From positions 7,117,079 to 7,181,078 of the forward strand of contig OZ316898.1 in assembly GCA_973895155.1 (NCBI GenBank): a stretch of 64,000 nucleotides of DNA. Direction: 5' to 3'. The position numbers and the translations under genes are program-made. This DNA comes from Marsupella aquatica (lineage: Eukaryota; Plantae; Marchantiophyta). The notes beneath the pieces were generated by a model. It had not been told where the DNA came from. It made no database searches and saw only the letters and a list, made by a program, of their open reading frames with translations. Shown piece by piece: positions 62,773-64,000 of this stretch (position 1 is the stretch's first letter; each line of letters begins with the position of its first letter).

Positions 62773-63611
62773 ATGCGTGCTCATCTTTTGCCGTTGATTG
62801 CACGAGCCGCTATAGAAGCTGGGAGAGATTCGTCATCGTCAACTACAAAAGCCCTGGTGACTGGAATTTCTGAAGTACCTGGAGTTTCTGGAATCGTTGG
62901 AGTATGTAGAGGTTTGAGAGTTGGGAGAGCTTTAGGGATCGATTCTAGTGCCGGACAGTTTGCGTGGAGAAGAGAATTCGCTTCCGTAGCTGCGATCGAT
63001 CAGGAAGATGATAGACCGCCGAGTATGCGCAAGTCAGCGGCGAAGAAAGAGGACTTGGTGCTGCGAGCATTTCTCCGGGAGAACAGTGGCAAAATCCCCG
63101 CAAAGAAGGAGAGGAGATTAGGGTTGGTACCGAGTATCGTTTTCGAGCAGGAGAAAATATCGGAGAAAAGGCTCATTTCATTGGAGCGGAAGCAGCTGGA
63201 TGACATTGTAAATAGACTCGGGCGAACTTTTTTCCTGTCAAGGGCGTACGAGTTGGAAGTCTATGACAAGCCTGGGCCTGACGGACAGCTTCTCTCCAGA
63301 GAGATGGTCTTACCACGCACGGTGTGTTGTAGCCTCTTCTGGAAACTCTCCTTGTAATTTTGTACTATATGTGTAGCTCTTATCTAGGAGGTGGTGCATG
63401 TCCACATTTGTGTAGATTGGAACAGTGAGGTCCTAGCATATCAGCATTTTCAATCATACGAGACAATTGTCTGTGAGTGTGCAGATTCACCATTCTGCGG
63501 AAGACAAGCTTCTGAATGTCACTTTCATGAAGGCACTTTCAGACTCACAAGTGAAGGTGGAAGTTCCAATCATGTTTCTGGGAGAAGATTCCTGCCCTGG
63601 AATTCGTAGAG
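62773..63611 (+). CDS. RPL25: Organellar (probably mitochondrial) 50S ribosomal protein bL25/TL5/CTC, 5' exons; gene continues beyond the window
   Basis: Exons 62773-63321 and 63485-63611. RENSGKIPAKKERRLGLVPSIVFEQ, FFLSR, VLPR, LLNVTF and VKVEVPIMFLGEDSCPGIRRG match the plant L25 family. Confidence 0.88.
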
Positions 63612-64000
63612 GTATCATTCTCTGCTTCGCATCCGCCCTGTATCAAATCTGGTGTTATGGATGTCTTGTCCAAGGCTTTTGTTCTGGACAGTACTCATGT
63701 ATGCAGCCATCTAAATCAGATCAATCGTTCTTTAATGCAACCTTCTGACACAGTAGGTTATGTTAAGTCGAACTCAGCAGGTAGGACCTTCATTACTGGG
63801 ATGTAGTAGTTGACTTCTAAATCCAGGTAGTCTCATTAAATTGGCAACCCCAGCAGCCCGGATGGATTTACCCCAATCTTTTTTATTTTGGGTAAATTCT
63901 GCTGCAGCCTAGCTGGAAATATTGTCAGCCTAGGTTTGCTGTAGAGCTAGAAGTCTTCACTATTGCCTGCAGTATGGCACGTTGATCTAATGAATTTGAG

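Overview
Nuclear genomic DNA of a land plant; the gene style and content suggest a bryophyte, probably a liverwort (inference). Intact spliced genes: signal peptide peptidase-like SPPL1, an At1g50020-like thylakoid protein, plastid FAD synthetase (RibF), a nodulin-related protein (NRP)-like gene, an intronless Toc75-III, plastid RRM protein RBD1, a GNAT acetyltransferase that looks fungal, and the 5' part of organellar ribosomal protein bL25. There is also one tRNA-Glu(UUC). The intergenic DNA holds several relics not evident from the ORF track: a DRM DNA-methyltransferase pseudogene split by a MITE, a ClpP3 pseudogene with a micro-inversion at the catalytic Ser, a chimeric ABCB/GNAT pseudogene, an internally deleted copy of the RibF 5' region, tRNA-derived SINEs (one carrying a solo LTR), and a possible heavily decayed mononegavirus L-gene insertion. 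Best leads: the fungal-type GNAT (candidate horizontal transfer), the putative endogenous viral element, and the repeated template-switch/microhomology scars. All homologies were recognised from memory; no searches were run.
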